64,000 nt of DNA, taken from Haliotis rufescens. Taxonomy: Eukaryota. The notes beneath the pieces were generated by a model that searched no databases, was not told the DNA's origin, and was given only the letters and a program-made list of their open reading frames with translations. How positions within the stretch are numbered: the first letter of the stretch is position 1; each line of letters begins with the position of its first letter. The stretch is from NCBI RefSeq assembly GCF_023055435.1, contig NW_025964057.1, positions 1,116,001 through 1,180,000 on the forward strand. The letters are read 5' to 3'. Below, piece by piece: positions 60,861 through 64,000 of the stretch. Both the position numbers and the translations under genes were made by a program.

Positions 60861-62092
60861 AATTCCAGTCAGTAAGTTTTCTGAAGCCACCCTGAAAAAC
60901 CCATTTACGGCAGCTTTGAGGTCAGAAACCACTTTATTCCAGGTCTGGCGAGTATGGAGGGTGAGGAAGCTCTTCGAACCCACATTGTCTTTGCAAGTCG
61001 AGAGATGTAAGAAGAGGCATTGTCATGGAGTAATATAACTCCTGCAGTCAGCATTCCTCATCGATTTTCTTTGAAAGAATCTCCCAGGCGATGAAGCAAA
61101 TCAGATTTCTAAGTAATCAACATGGATCACACCCTTTCTTCACTGATCTTGAAGACTTGAATTTCTTTTGTGTCGAAGAAATGAAATTGTGCCATTCCAT
61201 GGATTGACGTTTTGACTCGGGATAATAGTAATATATCTATGTTTCATAACTCGTTACTAATCTCTTTCTTTAATTTGACGAAATCCTCCTTAATCCTCTA
61301 AATTTTCTCTGCCAATGTCAGTTCTTTTTTCCTTGAGATCAGAATTTAGATATTTTGGCACCCAACGAGCAGATATCTAATTCATCTGTAAATGTTCATG
61401 AATAATAGTTTCAATCGATCCATGGCTTACATGTCTTCCCTAGGTTTTTCTATCTCCTTGACTGAATCTTTATTGATGGAAGACCTGGTGTCATCATCAA
61501 GCTTCATCAAGCATCATCATAAAACATAGCTGCCCATACACTTGTGACATGCTGTCATAAATCTTTTAGGGAGTTCTTTCCTCTAAGGTCGAAAACTTGA
61601 TGACTGCTCGGTACTCGTTCATTTCCATTTCTGTGTCCATTTGGACCATCATTACGTTCGACTGGCTGTCACTATAAAGGGCCTAACAGACTAATGACAC
61701 TTGCAATGAACTACTCAAACACTGTACTTCATTGCCTAGTTCCCTTTGTTATGGCTCAGTCAGACTTTTAACTGTTTGACCAGTCATGCGCACACACAAT
61801 AGACCATTTCAGAAGTACTTTATGAACCGGAGTGTATGACAGACAATGGTTGACTCTGTATTTCCATAACGGGGGACCTGTACACTTGCCAGGGACCTGT
61901 ATATGTGTTCTAGAACTGATATCTGAAACCCATAAATTAATCCTGCCTTCACTGAAGCTTCTAAATATCACTTGAATATATAAACGTTAATATCCGTAAG
62001 TGCATCGCTCTGGGTTTCCGCCAACATATACTTTAAAGTAGAAGCGTTGACAGAAACGTGTAACTCATCTTGTCACCCTTGTTCATTCTAAA

Positions 62093-62379
62093 GGGGGCAC
62101 CGGTGGCCCAGTCGTCTAAGGCGCGCCGATACGCTTTGCAGAGTTGCGTCCCTTGGGCACGCCAGAAACCTATGATTGTGGGTTCGAATCCCGGTCCGCC
62201 CCGATTATGTTTCTAGGTTTGTCAGCACCATACCCGTGCTCGTGGGTTTCACCGAAGTGGTAAACGTCTGAGACCTGCATCACTTCGGGCTTATAAATTA
62301 CCTCCCACATTAAGCTGACACGCCGTGATATAACTAGAATACTGTTAAAAGCGGCGTTAAACCAAACTCACTCACTCAC
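62093..62379 (+). mobile_element. Full-length tRNA-headed SINE with 10-bp TSD
   Basis: A-box tggcccagtcg, B-box gggttcgaatccc, (CACT)n tail, TSD TCATTCTAAA (62083-62092, 62380-62389). Confidence 0.88.
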
Positions 62380-62692
62380 TCATTCTAAATACGCCATTCA
62401 TAAAAGACATAAAACTCAAGTTATGTTTAAGGAAGCGATGGTTGACATCTTTAATATCGCAAAGACTAAAAAAAACAATGAAAGGTGAATTAATTGAATG
62501 AGTTCTAAAACCCGGAAACTTTTCATCAGAATTACACTTGGCTCCTTCACACTTGAATAGTATACAGGGTAGACATGAACAGCTCATTATCATAACATCA
62601 AGAATGTGAACACGTAGGCGAGCGTAAGATTATATAAAAGATATCAGTCATATAAGTACATGAAGACAAAGTGAAGTGTCTGTGTCAGTGCG

Positions 62693-62802
62693 GTGGTGAT
62701 GGGTGAAACCGCTTGGAACTGTACACCAGTTGGTGGATCAAGTCAGCGTGGTGATGGGTGAAACCGCCTGGAACTGTACACCAGGTGGTGGATCAAGTCA
62801 GC
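62693..62802. repeat. 55-bp tandem duplication
   Basis: gtggtgatgggtgaaaccgc..ggaactgtacaccag.tggtggatcaagtcagc occurs twice. Confidence 0.9.
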
Positions 62803-64000
62803 TCAAAGTGGGTGTTGCAGTCGGAGTGGAAACTCTAAATGATTTATGTTTTGGTAAATCCCACAGACAGTATGATTCTGAGAAACAACATAATTGGGGC
62901 AATGGTGGGATTCGCACCCACGACGAACGGATCCTGACACAGCATGGGGAGTAACCAGGCATGGGTTTCCAGAGTTTACAAATACAGTCTGAAGGATATA
63001 CCCACAAAGGAAAAGCTTCTCATATCTTTGAATCGCTGCCAAAGATTTATGCGAAGGACAAGATGTTTAGACAATTTACAATGATTTAGGGACCGACCAT
63101 TTGAAATTCAAGGGAGGGGGTTGGGCCTAGGAGTTTACCGTGAGTATATCTTAAACAATTATTTTCGATTATTTTCTGGAAATTTCGATTTCTTTCTCGT
63201 TATTCGTTATTTATAACGGGAAAGTATTCGATGTTTCGAGAGAAAAAAAATTAAACAAGTGAAATAACGAGAAAAGACGATTTAAAATGAGAGACATGGT
63301 GCTTCCAAAGGGGCAGATTAGGCTTTTTAACTGAAGCGGTAGTAAAAGGTATATACATGTAGAAAAACACAAATGAGGACATTAAGGAAAAATATCTGGC
63401 GAAACACTACACGTTGAGCACTTTGTTGAAACTCGCGAGCAAGGCAAATAAAACATAGACGACTTTTTACACAAGACAGAACACTATACACAAGACAGGG
63501 CATTATACACCAGACAGAACACTATACACTAGATATATGAAACATAAAATAATATCACACAGTGATAACGAAAACTGTGTCGTGTAATATTTTGTATGTA
63601 TACCATGGTCTGCAAAGCTTTAGATGTGATATTTGTGGTGTAACACTTATAATCTACCTATATGTGACGGATGAGCATCAATTTGTGTGACGTCAAAAGA
63701 TGATGCAATGGCACCATTATTTGAAGCATTACCTTAAAGTGAGTTATTCTAACATTCCAAACATCGAAGATTTCTAAGAAATGTTCAGTTGCAAAAGGTT
63801 AAAATTGAACATTGCTAATTACAGAAGTGTAATGTAAGAGCTATCTACTACAGATATTTTCGTACATGTAGCTTCCATGGGAACGTTGTTACTTGGTACA
63901 TTCCACGTCAATAGTGGGACTCGGTTTACGTTTAAAAGATTGGCACAAGGTAAAGTTTAATTGAAATGTGGCTGCACCATTAACTTCGATTACGTTAACA

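Noticed and set aside
60860-61800. Possible decayed coding sequence on the minus strand
   Set aside because: No sustained frame or recognisable motif.
62093-62200. Functional tRNA genes (also at 14784, 26839, 28540 and ~62910)
   Set aside because: No complete cloverleaf; in most cases followed by SINE bodies and tails.

Overview
Repeat-rich eukaryotic genomic DNA. The SINE and LINE repertoire suggests a mollusc, possibly an abalone-like gastropod (inference). (1) 1-2077: four minus-strand exons of an SLC6 (Na+/Cl--dependent amino-acid-type) transporter, with a candidate ATG exon at ~27.45 kb. (2) 3.6-33.4 kb: nested LINEs (one full-length), SINEs, MITEs, a ~170-bp satellite, a tandem segmental duplication and a 50-bp minisatellite. 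(3) 33540-58781: a complete, recently decayed Polinton/Maverick endogenous DNA virus with ~980-bp TIRs, AGTAGT-type ends and a 6-bp TSD (ATCGTG). It encodes a tandem-PC4 protein, an integrase with chromodomain, a penton, a basic protein, a major capsid protein (tandemly duplicated 1.67-kb block), an adenain protease, a packaging ATPase and several conserved ORFs. Its protein-primed DNA polymerase B gene is spliced: five GT-AG introns join a C2H2 zinc-finger array to the TP/OTU/exo/pol body. A 6.7-kb BEL/Pao LTR retrotransposon is inserted in this polB gene (5-bp TSD GGGGA). (4) 58.8-64 kb: a MITE, a Tc1-like remnant and SINEs. All calls are by eye; no database searches were run.
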